This document shows, piece by piece, positions 48,646 through 58,932 of a stretch of 64,000 nucleotides of DNA (its first letter is position 1; each line of letters opens with the position of its first letter). Source of the stretch: Fimbriimonadales bacterium (lineage in GTDB: Bacteria > Armatimonadota > Fimbriimonadia > Fimbriimonadales > JABRVX01). The DNA is taken from positions 36,846-100,845 of the forward strand of contig BTVI01000008.1 of NCBI GenBank assembly GCA_045862955.1, given 5' to 3'. The translations under genes were made by a program, and so were the position numbers. The notes under the pieces are model-generated. The model searched no databases. It saw only the letters and a list, made by a program, of their open reading frames with translations, and was not told the DNA's origin.

Positions 48646-50712
48646 CTAGCCCTCGGCTTCCGCGCGCTCCTTCTCGTACTTCTTCACTAGCTCCTGAGTG
48701 AGGTTGGCCGGGAGCTCCTCGTAATGGTCCAGCACAGTACTGAACTTGCCTCGGCCCCGCGTGATGGACCGCAGGTCGAGTGCGTACTTCATCATTTCGC
48801 CCATGGGCACGTGGGCTCGGATTCGTTGCTTCCCTCCCCCGATCGCCTCCATGCCCAACAGCCGTCCTCGTCTACCGTTCAGGTCCGCGTTGATATCGCC
48901 GACGAACTCCTCCGGCACGATGATATCAACTCGGAGAATCGGCTCGAGCACGATCGGCTGCGCCTGAGCGGCTGCGTTGCGGAAGGCGAGTTGCCCCGCC
49001 ATCTTGAACGCCGCCTCGCTCGAGTCCACGTCGTGGTACGAACCGTCGTAGACGGTGGCACTGATGTCCACCACCGGGTAGCCAGCCTGAATGCCCTTGG
49101 CGAGAGCCTCCCGCACACCCTTCTCCACCGCGGGGATGAAGTTGCGCGGGATCGCGCCACCGACTACCTTATCGATGAACTCGAAGCCGCTGCCCCTCTC
49201 GAGGGGTGACAACTCCAACCAGCAGTCTCCGTACTGCCCTCGGCCGCCGGTCTGTTTTTTGTGCTTGCCTTGTGCCTTCGCGCTGGTTCGGATCGTCTCG
49301 CGGTACGGGACCTTCGCTTCTTCTACCTCGACGTTCACGCCGAACTTCGCCTTGAGCCGTTCGATGACGACGTCGAGATGAAGGTCGCCCATTCCGGACA
49401 GCAGCACCTGACCCAAGTCCGGGTCGTGCGTCATGTGGAACGTCGGGTCCTCGTCCACCATTCGGGTGAGGGCCGGACCCAGTTTGTCCTCGTCCGCTTT
49501 GGTTGCGGCGCGAACGGCGATGGTGTAGACCGGGTTGGGGTGCTTGATGTCCTCGAACAGAATGCCACTGCCCTTGACGGTCAGTGTGTCTCCCGTCTTT
49601 GTCTCTTGCAGCTTCGCCACAGCTCCAATGTCACCGGCATAGACGGCGGGAGTCGACACCTGGTTCTTACCCGACGGGAAAAAGACCTGTCCTACCCTCT
49701 CGTCCTTCTCGCGCGATGCGTTCCACACGTGGCTGTCCGAAGAGAAGGTGCCGCTGAAGACCCGGAAGTAGTTGATCTTGCCCACGTACGGGTCGGCGGT
49801 GGTCTTGAACACGAAGGCCGCCAGGGGCGCCTTGTCATCCGGCTCGAGCACCGTGTCACCGGCCTTGTGCGGCATATCGGCCGGCGAGGGCAGGACGCCG
49901 ACAATCCGGTCCATCAGTGTGCTTACGCCGATGCCGTGAGCAGCAGAGCCGATGCAGAGGGGAACGACCTTTCCGGCTTCGACGCCCAGAAGCAGCCCCC
50001 TCATCACCTCTTCTTGGGTGAGGGGTTCGCCCTCGAGGTACTTCATCGCGAGTTCGTCGTCCGCTTCTGCCGCTCCGTCCATCAGCTTCTCATGCCACTT
50101 TTCTGCTTCGGCGGCCAGTTCGGGAGTTAGGTCCGCGGCCGATGCTTCCCTATCGGCGCCGCTGATCATCTTCATCGAGAGCAGATCCACCACGCCTTTG
50201 AACTCGAGCTGCGCACCGACGGGCATCTGGATGGGAACGACCCGCTTGCCGTAGAGGTTCTCGAAATAGCGGAGAAGACCGGGGAAGTCGGCGTTGTCGC
50301 GCTCCATTTTGTTCACGAAGATCATGCGCGGCACGGACAGCTCTTCTGCCAGGTCCCATGCGTTCTCGAAGCCGACGTCCACGTGATCTTTGGCTTCCGT
50401 GACCATCAGCATGGCCTCTACGACTCGGGCGACCCCGAATAGGTCGCCGATGAAGTCCGGGTACCCAGGTACATCGATGAGGTTGATCTTGTGGTTGTGC
50501 CATTCGAGCGGCAGCACGCTCGCGTTGAGACTGATCTTGCGCTTGTGCTCCAGCGGATCGAAATCCGAGACGGTGTTCTCGGCTTCCACCGTGCCGATTC
50601 GATCCGTCACTCCTGCCACGTACAGCATGTGCTCCGCGAGCGTGGTCTTGCCCGCGCCGCCGTGGCCGACGATTGCCACGTTCCGTATCTTGTCCGCGCT
50701 AAACCGTTTCAA
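48646..50712 (-). CDS. Elongation factor G paralog (EF-G2-like)
   Basis: GHGGAGKTT, DVPGYPDF, NKME, GMGDLHL, KKQTGGRGQYG, DGSYHDVDSSE. Confidence 0.95.
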   Translation of the reverse strand: MKRFSADKIRNVAIVGHGGAGKTTLAEHMLYVAGVTDRIGTVEAENTVSDFDPLEHKRKISLNASVLPLEWHNHKINLIDVPGYPDFIGDLFGVARVVEAMLMVTEAKDHVDVGFENAWDLAEELSVPRMIFVNKMERDNADFPGLLRYFENLYGKRVVPIQMPVGAQLEFKGVVDLLSMKMISGADREASAADLTPELAAEAEKWHEKLMDGAAEADDELAMKYLEGEPLTQEEVMRGLLLGVEAGKVVPLCIGSAAHGIGVSTLMDRIVGVLPSPADMPHKAGDTVLEPDDKAPLAAFVFKTTADPYVGKINYFRVFSGTFSSDSHVWNASREKDERVGQVFFPSGKNQVSTPAVYAGDIGAVAKLQETKTGDTLTVKGSGILFEDIKHPNPVYTIAVRAATKADEDKLGPALTRMVDEDPTFHMTHDPDLGQVLLSGMGDLHLDVVIERLKAKFGVNVEVEEAKVPYRETIRTSAKAQGKHKKQTGGRGQYGDCWLELSPLERGSGFEFIDKVVGGAIPRNFIPAVEKGVREALAKGIQAGYPVVDISATVYDGSYHDVDSSEAAFKMAGQLAFRNAAAQAQPIVLEPILRVDIIVPEEFVGDINADLNGRRGRLLGMEAIGGGKQRIRAHVPMGEMMKYALDLRSITRGRGKFSTVLDHYEELPANLTQELVKKYEKERAEAEG

Positions 50713-50727
50713 GATTCCAGTTCTCTC

Positions 50728-51348
50728 CTAGTTCTCCCGGAAGGGCATGCCCATCTTCTGCAGGAAGACGCGCGCCTCTTCGTCCGTCTTAGCGGTGGTA
50801 CAGATGACGATGTCCATGCCTCGAATCCTATCGAACGTATCGTAGGCGATCTCCGGGAACACGATCTGCTCCTTCAGTCCGACGGCGAAGTTGCCGCGGC
50901 CATCGAAGGACTTGGGGGAGATGCCTCGGAAGTCGCGCAAGCGGGGTAGCACGATGGACACCAGCTTGTCGAAGAAGTGGTACATGCGCTCGCCTCGGAG
51001 CGTGACGCAACACCCGATTCGGTGGCCTTCGCGGATCTTGAAGTTGGAGACCGCCTTTTTGGCGCGGGTAATGATCGGCTTCTGGCCAGCGATGAGAGAC
51101 AGGTCACGGACCGAGTTTTCTAGGTGCTTGGCATCCTCTTCGCCCTTACCGACACCCATGTTCACCACGATCTTTTCCAGGCGAGGCACAGCCATGACGG
51201 AGGTGTAGCCGAACTGCTCGCGCAGCGCCGGCACCACGCTCTCGAGATACTGTTTGCGCTTGCGCGAGACCGGTACCTTGTCCATCACTCCGGTCTCGAC
51301 GGTCGCCTTAGCGCCCTTGTCTTTTGTCGCTTCTTTAGCCTTTGCCAT
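50728..51348 (-). CDS. rplE: 50S ribosomal protein L5
   Basis: [29 protein letters not shown]. Confidence 0.97.
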   Translation of the reverse strand: MAKAKEATKDKGAKATVETGVMDKVPVSRKRKQYLESVVPALREQFGYTSVMAVPRLEKIVVNMGVGKGEEDAKHLENSVRDLSLIAGQKPIITRAKKAVSNFKIREGHRIGCCVTLRGERMYHFFDKLVSIVLPRLRDFRGISPKSFDGRGNFAVGLKEQIVFPEIAYDTFDRIRGMDIVICTTAKTDEEARVFLQKMGMPFREN

Positions 51349-51366
51349 CTGTGTTCACTCCGCCGC

Positions 51367-51729
51367 CTAGTCGGCGTCAATCAGCTCGCCGGACACCTTG
51401 GCATATCGCACCAGCTTGCCGTTCACTTCCTTGCGTCCAACGCGGGTGGGTTTCCCGCTGTGCGGGTCCACGAGCTTCACGTTCGAGATATGGATGGGCA
51501 TAGCCCGGGAGACGCGGTCGCCAGGTCGTGTGCCGGCAGCGCTACGCTGCGGCTTGATGTGCTTCGTAGCGAGGTTAAGACCCTCGATGCGCACCCGCAT
51601 CCGATCTCGCAGCACCTCGACGACCTTGCCGCGTTGGCCCTTGTCCTTTCCGGCGATCACCTCGACCTCGTCGCCGGCCTTGATCTTCAACTTGGGCGCC
51701 TTTGCGCCAGACGTCTTCTTTTCCATCAC
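51367..51729 (-). CDS. rplX: 50S ribosomal protein L24
   Basis: [20 protein letters not shown]. Confidence 0.96.
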   Translation of the reverse strand: MMEKKTSGAKAPKLKIKAGDEVEVIAGKDKGQRGKVVEVLRDRMRVRIEGLNLATKHIKPQRSAAGTRPGDRVSRAMPIHISNVKLVDPHSGKPTRVGRKEVNGKLVRYAKVSGELIDAD

Positions 51730-52094
51730 AGCACCTCAGGCGCCAAGGACACGATCTTCATGTACGCCTTATCGCGCAGCTCTCGGGCGACCGGCCCGAA
51801 GATGCGCGTGCCTCGGGGCTCCCGCTGGTTGTCAATCAGCACGCATGCGTTGTCGTCGAAGCGGACCGTCGAGCCGTCGGGCCGCCGAAGTGCCTTCTTG
51901 GTCCGTACCACGACCGCCTTTACGACATCGCCCTTCTTGACCGGCATGTTGGGAGTAGCGCTTTTCACCGTGCCGACGAACACGTCGCCGACCGTTCCAT
52001 AGCGTGGCTGCGAACCTTTGAGGACGCGAATGCACATCAGCGTTTTTGCGCCCGTGTTGTCTGCCACTTTCAGTCGCGTGTAGATCTGTATCAT
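51726..52094 (-). CDS. rplN: 50S ribosomal protein L14
   Basis: [21 protein letters not shown]. Confidence 0.98.
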   Translation of the reverse strand: MIQIYTRLKVADNTGAKTLMCIRVLKGSQPRYGTVGDVFVGTVKSATPNMPVKKGDVVKAVVVRTKKALRRPDGSTVRFDDNACVLIDNQREPRGTRIFGPVARELRDKAYMKIVSLAPEVL

Positions 52095-52100
52095 CGCGGC

Positions 52101-52364
52101 TTACTTCACCTTCTCGAGAATCCTGCTCACGCGCCAGCGCTTCTCCTTACTCAGCGGCCGGCACTCCACGATCTCCACATAGTCCCCCACGTCACACGCC
52201 TGCTCGTCGTGGGCTTTGAAGCGCCCCGTTCGGCGAATAATCTTGCCGTACAGCGGATGCCGGACTTTGCGCTCGACCTGCACCACTACCGTCTTCTGCA
52301 TCTTGTTGCTGACGACGGTGCCCTCACGGACCTTGCGGGCTCCTCTTTTCTGCGTCTCGCTCAT
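52101..52364 (-). CDS. rpsQ: 30S ribosomal protein S17
   Basis: [25 protein letters not shown]. Confidence 0.97.
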   Translation of the reverse strand: MSETQKRGARKVREGTVVSNKMQKTVVVQVERKVRHPLYGKIIRRTGRFKAHDEQACDVGDYVEIVECRPLSKEKRWRVSRILEKVK

Positions 52365-52570
52365 TCCTTACCCTCCCGCTGACGCTGCGACAGCAGGGTC
52401 ATAATCCGCGCCACGTTCTTTCGGTGCACGGAGATCGCCTTGTAGTCCTTCACCTGGCCGAAGATAATCTGACGGCGCACGTTGTACACGGCCTCGCGCT
52501 CCTTCTCCAGCTCCTCCATGAGGTCTTCGGTGCTCTTCTCGCGAAGCTCCGAGCTCTTAAGCCCTTTCAT
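52361..52570 (-). CDS. rpmC: 50S ribosomal protein L29
   Basis: [20 protein letters not shown]; position between rplP and rpsQ. Confidence 0.92.
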   Translation of the reverse strand: MKGLKSSELREKSTEDLMEELEKEREAVYNVRRQIIFGQVKDYKAISVHRKNVARIMTLLSQRQREGKE

Positions 52571-53135
52571 CGGCACCCTCCTCGATCGCTGTGGATGTCG
52601 CCTCCTCGGTGCCCACGACCGCCTCATCGGGCTGTTCCCTCGACTCGGACGCTGCCGACGTGGCCTCGAGTGCCCGCTGCTGCTCGAGCTCGGCGGCTCG
52701 CTCCTTCTCGGTGTAGAGATGCTCGAAGTCCTTTCGGGTGACGAAGCGTGCCCGGATCGGCAGCTTGTGGATTGCCCTACGGACAGCTTCTTTCGCCACT
52801 TCCTCACTGACACCGCGCAGCTCGAACAGTATGCGTCCCGGCTTGACGACGGCGACCCAGCCCTCGGGAGATCCCTTGCCGGAGCCCATGCGTGTCTCGG
52901 CCGGCTTCTTAGTGAACGGCTTATCCGGAAAGACCCGGATCCACACCTTTCCACCGCGTCGAATGTAGCGGGTGATGGCGATACGAGCGGCCTCGATTTG
53001 ACGATTGGTTAGCCAGCAAGGCTGGAGGGCCTGGAGGCCAAACTCGCCGAAATCGATCTTGTTACCACCCGAGGCCTTGCCCGTCATTCGGCCTCTATGT
53101 TGCTTGCGGTGCTTTACACGCTTTGGCATCAACAT
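52557..53135 (-). CDS. rplP: 50S ribosomal protein L16 with acidic C-terminal extension
   Basis: [24 protein letters not shown]. Confidence 0.97.
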   Translation of the reverse strand: MLMPKRVKHRKQHRGRMTGKASGGNKIDFGEFGLQALQPCWLTNRQIEAARIAITRYIRRGGKVWIRVFPDKPFTKKPAETRMGSGKGSPEGWVAVVKPGRILFELRGVSEEVAKEAVRRAIHKLPIRARFVTRKDFEHLYTEKERAAELEQQRALEATSAASESREQPDEAVVGTEEATSTAIEEGADERA

Positions 53136-53138
53136 GGC

Positions 53139-53894
53139 TTACTCTCCCGCCGGCTCTTCCGCGGTTCTGCGCGGCCGCCGCGCGCGCCGCTCTCGATCGC
53201 CAGACCCGTGTCCTGGTGCGTCCAGCAAGTCGTCCCGACGACGCGCTCTCTCTTGAAACACTTCGCCGCGATAGATCCACACGCGGCAGCCCACGGCACC
53301 GTAGATGGTTTTCGCGACGCAATATCCGTAGTCCACATCCGCCCGAAGGGTGTGCAGGGGCACCTTCCCCGCCTTTTCGGTCTCCCGCCGTGCCATCTCG
53401 GAGCCCCCTAGTCGGCCGGAACAGATCACCTTGATCCCTCTCACCCCTTGGCGAGTCGCTCGCATCACGGCCTGGCGCATCGCGCGCCGGTGAGAGACGC
53501 GCTTCTCGATCTGCGCCGCGATGCTTTCAGCGACCAGCTGGGCGTCCATCTCGGGCTTCTGTACCTCGGCAACGTTGACGTACACCCGCGCATCTTTGTG
53601 CCGTTTGTGTACGGTGCGTTCGACGGCCTGATTGATCTCGTCGATGCCTTTTCCACCGCGGCCGATCACCGCACCGGGCCGGGCTGTGTGAATCGTCACC
53701 TTCACGAGATCAGCGGGCCGCTCGATCTCGACTCGCGAGATACTCGCATTCGCCCAGCGGCGCTTCAGCATGGTGCGGATCAAGTGATCCTCGTACACCA
53801 TCTCCGGATAGACCTTCTTGTTGAAGAACCACTTGCTGTCCCATGTCCGGATGACGCCCAGTCGGAAACCGATTGGATTGACCTTTTGACCCAA
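53139..53894 (-). CDS. rpsC: 30S ribosomal protein S3
   Basis: MGQKVNPIGFRLG, VPLHTLRADVDY. Confidence 0.97.
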   Translation of the reverse strand: MGQKVNPIGFRLGVIRTWDSKWFFNKKVYPEMVYEDHLIRTMLKRRWANASISRVEIERPADLVKVTIHTARPGAVIGRGGKGIDEINQAVERTVHKRHKDARVYVNVAEVQKPEMDAQLVAESIAAQIEKRVSHRRAMRQAVMRATRQGVRGIKVICSGRLGGSEMARRETEKAGKVPLHTLRADVDYGYCVAKTIYGAVGCRVWIYRGEVFQERARRRDDLLDAPGHGSGDRERRARRPRRTAEEPAGE

Positions 53895-53898
53895 AGCT

Positions 53899-54477
53899 CT
53901 ACTCCTGCTTCCCTTCCGCCTCGCCCTCGGTGGGCTCCACGGGCTCTTCTGCGACCGGCTCTACCGCTTCTGGCACCTCTGCCTCCGGAGTTGCGACGAC
54001 CGGCTCGTCCGCTACCTGCGCCTCCGGTTCCTGGGCGGTAACGGTGGTCTCGTCCGCAACCGGCTGTGCCTCCGCCTTCTTCGGCTTGCCGGGCTTCGGG
54101 GCGGGCTCCGTCTTGCGCACCTGTCGCTTCGGTCGCGGCTCCTCGGGAATGCTCTCGACGACGACCGTGATATGACAGGTTCGCTTGAGGATGCGGTTCG
54201 CGCGGCCCATAGCACGTGCCTCAATGCGCTTCAGTCGTGCGCCTTCATCCACGAAAGCCTGGGTGATCACCAGGTCCTCTTCGTTCATGCTATGGTTCTC
54301 GACGGCGTTCGCCGCAGCCGAGCGGATCAGTTTGCGCACGATGTGTGCAGACTTGTTCGGCACGAACTGCAGCAACTGCGCCGCCTTCACCGCCCTCATG
54401 CCGCGAACCTGGTTCACGACGAGCCGAGCCTTCCTCGGCGGCACTCTCCTCGATTTGACAACCGCTCTAACTTCCAT
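53899..54477 (-). CDS. rplV: 50S ribosomal protein L22 with long C-terminal extension
   Basis: PRKARLV, RAMGRANRILKRTCHITV. Confidence 0.96.
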   Translation of the reverse strand: MEVRAVVKSRRVPPRKARLVVNQVRGMRAVKAAQLLQFVPNKSAHIVRKLIRSAAANAVENHSMNEEDLVITQAFVDEGARLKRIEARAMGRANRILKRTCHITVVVESIPEEPRPKRQVRKTEPAPKPGKPKKAEAQPVADETTVTAQEPEAQVADEPVVATPEAEVPEAVEPVAEEPVEPTEGEAEGKQE

Positions 54478-54479
54478 CT

Positions 54480-54761
54480 TTATCGCACCCTGTGGGTTTT
54501 CTCAGAACCCGCGTGGCCACGGAACGTGCGCGTTGGGGCGAACTCTCCCAACTTGTGTCCGACCATGTTCTCTGTCACGAACACGGGCACGTGCTTCCGC
54601 CCGTCGTGCACGGCTATCGTGTGTCCGATCATCTCCGGCATCACGGTGCTGCGGCGCGACCACGTCTTGATGATCCGCTTCTCGCCTTTGCTGTTCATCG
54701 CGTCAATCTTTTTCTGAAGATGCGCGTCGACGAACGGGCCCTTCTTTACAGACCTAGCCAT
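54480..54761 (-). CDS. rpsS: 30S ribosomal protein S19
   Basis: [25 protein letters not shown]. Confidence 0.97.
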   Translation of the reverse strand: MARSVKKGPFVDAHLQKKIDAMNSKGEKRIIKTWSRRSTVMPEMIGHTIAVHDGRKHVPVFVTENMVGHKLGEFAPTRTFRGHAGSEKTHRVR

Positions 54762-55591
54762 CAGCGGTTCCTCCGGCGGACGATGAACTTGTCCGTTCGC
54801 TTGTTGCTGCGCGTGATCTTGCCCTTGGCGGCGTTGCCCCACCGGTCCACAGGCCCCTTCTTGCGTCCCACGGGACTCTTCGCCTCACCACCGCCGTGCG
54901 GATGGTCTCGCGGACTCATTACGACACCGCGGACATGCGGCTTGCGTCCTTTCGCGCGGACCCTGCCAGCTTTTCCGTAAGCCTCGTTCTCGTGCTCGGC
55001 ATTGCCGACGACCCCGACGGTCGCGCGGCACTCCATCCGCACCCTTCGCATCTCGCCAGAGGGAAGGCGCAGAGTGACGTAGTCACCCTCTTTGGCCATC
55101 ACCTGCGCGGAGGTGCCGGCGGAGCGAACGATCTGCCCGCCCTTGCCGGGGGTCAGCTCTATGTTGTGGATCTGAGTGCCGAGCGGGATGTCCCTGAGTT
55201 GCAGCGCGTTCCCGGGCTGGATGTCGGCCGTGGTGGAGCTCAGGACGGAAGCGCCTACCCCCAGACCGTCGGGAGCGAGAATGTATCGCTTCTCTCCGTC
55301 GGCGTAGTGAATCAGCGCGATGCGGCAGGTGCGGTTCGGGTCGTACTCGATAGCAGCGACCTTGCCGGGGACATCGAACTTGTCCCGCCTGAAGTCGATC
55401 ACGCGATACCGGCGCTTGTTTCCGCCACCACGAAACCGCGTGGTGACGCGACCCGAGTTGTTGCGTCCGCCCTGTCGCTTGCGGTATTCGGTGAGTGCCT
55501 TTTCCGGCTTCTGCTTGGTGATCTCCTCGTTGGTCGAGGACTTCAGAAACCTTCGCCCTGGCGATGTTGGTTTGTGCTCTCGTATCGGCAT
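54761..55591 (-). CDS. rplB: 50S ribosomal protein L2
   Basis: [15 protein letters not shown]. Confidence 0.97.
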   Translation of the reverse strand: MPIREHKPTSPGRRFLKSSTNEEITKQKPEKALTEYRKRQGGRNNSGRVTTRFRGGGNKRRYRVIDFRRDKFDVPGKVAAIEYDPNRTCRIALIHYADGEKRYILAPDGLGVGASVLSSTTADIQPGNALQLRDIPLGTQIHNIELTPGKGGQIVRSAGTSAQVMAKEGDYVTLRLPSGEMRRVRMECRATVGVVGNAEHENEAYGKAGRVRAKGRKPHVRGVVMSPRDHPHGGGEAKSPVGRKKGPVDRWGNAAKGKITRSNKRTDKFIVRRRNR

Positions 55592-55593
55592 GA

Positions 55594-55899
55594 TTACACT
55601 CCGAAATCGGGCAGCCTCTGCCCGGGGGCAAGCGTGACCACGGCCTTCTTCCACTTAGGAGTGTGGCCTGGGTTGCGGAATCGGCTGCGACCCTTGATGC
55701 GTCCGCGAACGTGTGAGGTGTTCACGGCCACCACCTTGACCTTGTCCTTGCTTTTCGCATAGTGCTGCTCGATAGCACGAGCGATATCGGGCTTCGTCGC
55801 GTCTTCGGCAACGATAAACGTGTACTTGCCGATCTCGGCCAAACGAAGCGCGCGCTCGGTGATACGCGGCAGCAGGATGATCTCGTATGGGCTCTTCAC
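55594..55899 (-). CDS. rplW: 50S ribosomal protein L23
   Basis: [20 protein letters not shown]. Confidence 0.94.
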   Translation of the reverse strand: MKSPYEIILLPRITERALRLAEIGKYTFIVAEDATKPDIARAIEQHYAKSKDKVKVVAVNTSHVRGRIKGRSRFRNPGHTPKWKKAVVTLAPGQRLPDFGV

Positions 55900-56573
55900 T
55901 TCGACCACAACTCCTCGAGCTTCTGCAGCGCAGCACGGTCCGCGACGATTCGGCGTGCCACGACCACGTCGCGAGCTGATACGGCAGGCGCAAAGCGGAG
56001 CTCGACGTTCGGGATATTCCGGAAGCAACGCAGCGCCGTGTCGTCATGCTCGGGCAGCAGAACCAGTGTCCTCACTCCCTCACAGCCGTGTGCCTTCAGA
56101 AAACTCACGGCGTCCTTCGTCTTGATCCGCTCGAAGCGGACTCCGTCCACGGCGACGAGTGCCCCGTCAGCAATCTTGTATGCGAGTGCAGACTGAATGG
56201 CCAGCCTTCTCGCCTTGCGGTTGAGCCGCTGACGGTACGAGCGAGGCGTGGGCCCGAAGACCACACCGCCACCCTTCCAGTGCGGCGCACGGATGCTTCC
56301 CTGGCGGGCTCGACCGGTCTTCTTCTGACGGTACGGCTTGCGACCACCACCGCTGACCTCACTACGACCCTTGGTCTTGTGGGTGCCCTGCCGTTGGTTG
56401 GCCTCTTCAGCCACCACTGTCTGGTGCAGGTTCGCGATCAGGTCTCGGGACAGCTCGATGCTCTCCCCGGCGATGGTGCGCGTACGCGTCTCTCGGATAC
56501 CAAAGAGGCTATCCGACAGTTGTAGCTCGCCCGCTTCCTTTCCCTGGTTGTCGTATAGCTTGAGCGATGGCAT
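55896..56573 (-). CDS. rplD: 50S ribosomal protein L4
   Basis: [24 protein letters not shown]. Confidence 0.96.
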   Translation of the reverse strand: MPSLKLYDNQGKEAGELQLSDSLFGIRETRTRTIAGESIELSRDLIANLHQTVVAEEANQRQGTHKTKGRSEVSGGGRKPYRQKKTGRARQGSIRAPHWKGGGVVFGPTPRSYRQRLNRKARRLAIQSALAYKIADGALVAVDGVRFERIKTKDAVSFLKAHGCEGVRTLVLLPEHDDTALRCFRNIPNVELRFAPAVSARDVVVARRIVADRAALQKLEELWSK

Positions 56574-56575
56574 GG

Positions 56576-57202
56576 CTATTTCCTCGTCTCCTTGTGCACT
56601 TCCAGGAGACCGCCGTTCGCGCCGGGAACGGACCCGCTAACTAGCAGCAGGTTCCTCTCGACGTCTACACTCACCACCTTGAGTCCGAGCTGAGTCACGC
56701 GCTCGGCGCCCATGTGGCCTGGGTTCTTGCGCCCCTTGAACACGCGAGCCGGCCCCGTTGCACCCGCGGCCAAGGGCCTGCGGTGCGTCATGAAGCCGTG
56801 TGTGGCCGTCTGTCCGCGAAAACCATATCGCTTGACGACGCCCGCAAAGCCTCGGCCTTTGCTCGTTCCAGCGACCTGGACCTTCTCGCCGGGCTGGAAG
56901 ATCTCGACCCCGACACGCTGGCCGACCTGTACGTCGGAGATGTCGTCCGTGCGGAACTCCCTCAGGTATCGCGTCGGTTCGACTCCCGCTTTCTGGAAGT
57001 GCCCCGCCTGGGGCTTCTTCACGCGCTTTTTCGGGATGGAACCGAAACCGAGTTGGACGGCGCAGTAGCCGTCGCGCTCGGGGCTCTTCACCTGCGTGAC
57101 GAGGCACGGGCCGGCTTCGATGACACTCACCGGTATCATCTTGCCGTCCGCATCGAACACGTGCGTCATTCCCACTTTTCGCCCCAGAAGACCTGGAAGC
57201 AT
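56576..57202 (-). CDS. rplC: 50S ribosomal protein L3
   Basis: GRKVGMTHVF, GTSKGRGFAGVVKR, PGHMG. Confidence 0.97.
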   Translation of the reverse strand: MLPGLLGRKVGMTHVFDADGKMIPVSVIEAGPCLVTQVKSPERDGYCAVQLGFGSIPKKRVKKPQAGHFQKAGVEPTRYLREFRTDDISDVQVGQRVGVEIFQPGEKVQVAGTSKGRGFAGVVKRYGFRGQTATHGFMTHRRPLAAGATGPARVFKGRKNPGHMGAERVTQLGLKVVSVDVERNLLLVSGSVPGANGGLLEVHKETRK

Positions 57203-57306
57203 AGGGTTCCAACCTTTCCGCCTCATCGCTACCGACGGTCCCCTGCGGCATTCCCCGTGTGGGTAGGACGGGTCGCCGACCGTCTCGCTGCGAGGCTATG
57301 TTTCGA

Positions 57307-57615
57307 CTAGCTCTTGATCTCGATGTCGACGCCGCTAGGCAGGTCCAAGCGCATCAACGCGTCGATCGTTTTCGCCGTCGGTTCGAGAATATCGATCAGT
57401 CGCTTGTGGGTACGGATCTCGAAGTGCTCCATCGACTCCTTGTCGATGTGCGGCCCTCGTATCACGCAGAACCTGCGGATGTTGGTGGGCAGCGGGATAG
57501 GCCCCGCGACCCGCACGCCAGTCTTGCGCGCGGTATCCGCGATCTTCTCCACCGACTGGTCCAGCACCCGGTGATCGTACGCCTTCAGCTTGATTCTTAC
57601 CTTATCTCGACGCAT
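57307..57615 (-). CDS. rpsJ: 30S ribosomal protein S10
   Basis: [28 protein letters not shown]. Confidence 0.97.
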   Translation of the reverse strand: MRRDKVRIKLKAYDHRVLDQSVEKIADTARKTGVRVAGPIPLPTNIRRFCVIRGPHIDKESMEHFEIRTHKRLIDILEPTAKTIDALMRLDLPSGVDIEIKS

Positions 57616-57665
57616 CCGATTCCCTTCGTGGATGGCGGCGGAGCGATTGCCCGCCGCCATCGGCA

Positions 57666-58874
57666 CTACTCGTAGATCTTCGTAATCAGGCCGGCGCCGA
57701 CCGTGCGGCCGCCCTCACGAATAGCGAAGCGCGATCCGGCCTCCATGGCGATAGGCTCGATCAGCTCCACCGTCATGGTGATATTGTCGCCGGGCATGAC
57801 CATCTCCACACCAGCCGGAAGGTTCAGCGTGCCCGTCACGTCGGTGGTGCGGAAGTAGAACTGCGGCCGGTATCCGGAGACGAACGGCGTATGTCGTCCG
57901 CCCTCTTCCTTGGTCAACACGTAGACCTCGCCGTCGAACTTCGTGTGCGGAGTGATCGAGCCAGGCTTGGCGATGACCATGCCGCGCAACACGTCCTTGC
58001 GGTCGATGCCTCGAAGCAGCAGACCCACGTTGTCGCCAGCGCGAGCCTCGTCGAGGGTCTTGCGGAACATCTCGACGCCGGTGCAGACGGTCTTCAACGG
58101 CTTGCCGGCTCGCAATCCGACGATCTCGACCTCTTCGCCAGCCTTGAGCAAGCCGCGCTCGACACGCCCCGTGGCCACCGTCCCGCGTCCAGTGATCGTG
58201 AAAACGTCCTCGACTGCCATTAGGAACGGCTTGTCAATCTCGCGCTGCGGCTCGGGAATGTAGGTGTCGCAAGCCTCCATCAACTCGAAGATTGCCTTGA
58301 CCCAAGGGTCGTCCGGGCTGAGCGTGGGAGCCTCGAGAACCTTCAGGCCGCTGCCGCGAATGATCGGGATGTTGTCCCCGTCGAACTCGTATTTCGAGAG
58401 CAGCTCGCGGATTTCCATCTCGACGACGTCGAGCAACTCGGGGTCGTCCACCATGTCCGCCTTGTTCATAAACACGACGATCGCGGGGACGCCGACCTGT
58501 CGGGCGAGCAGGATATGCTCGCGGGTCTGGGGCATCGGTCCATCCGCTGCCGAGACCACGAGGATGGCCCCATCCATCTGGGCCGCGCCGGTAATCATGT
58601 TCTTGATGTAGTCGGCGTGGCCGGGACAGTCCACGTGAGCGTAGTGACGCTTCTCCGTCTCGTACTCAGCGTGATAGATGTTGATGGTAATGCCGCGTGC
58701 CTTCTCCTCGGGGGCCGAATCGATCTGGTCGAAGCTCTGGTACTTGGCCAGGCTCTTGAGTTCGCTGAGCACGCGCGTGATCGCTGCGGTCAGCGTGGTC
58801 TTCCCGTGGTCCACGTGGCCGATGGTTCCGATATTCAAGTGCGGCTTCGTCCGCTCAAACTTGGCTCTGGCCAT
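57666..58874 (-). CDS. tuf: Elongation factor Tu
   Basis: [21 protein letters not shown]. Confidence 0.99.
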   Translation of the reverse strand: MARAKFERTKPHLNIGTIGHVDHGKTTLTAAITRVLSELKSLAKYQSFDQIDSAPEEKARGITINIYHAEYETEKRHYAHVDCPGHADYIKNMITGAAQMDGAILVVSAADGPMPQTREHILLARQVGVPAIVVFMNKADMVDDPELLDVVEMEIRELLSKYEFDGDNIPIIRGSGLKVLEAPTLSPDDPWVKAIFELMEACDTYIPEPQREIDKPFLMAVEDVFTITGRGTVATGRVERGLLKAGEEVEIVGLRAGKPLKTVCTGVEMFRKTLDEARAGDNVGLLLRGIDRKDVLRGMVIAKPGSITPHTKFDGEVYVLTKEEGGRHTPFVSGYRPQFYFRTTDVTGTLNLPAGVEMVMPGDNITMTVELIEPIAMEAGSRFAIREGGRTVGAGLITKIYE

Positions 58875-58932
58875 ATGTCACTCCATTCACGAGTTTTCTG
58901 TTTCGTGTCGGTCGCCCGCAGCGGCCTCTTGC

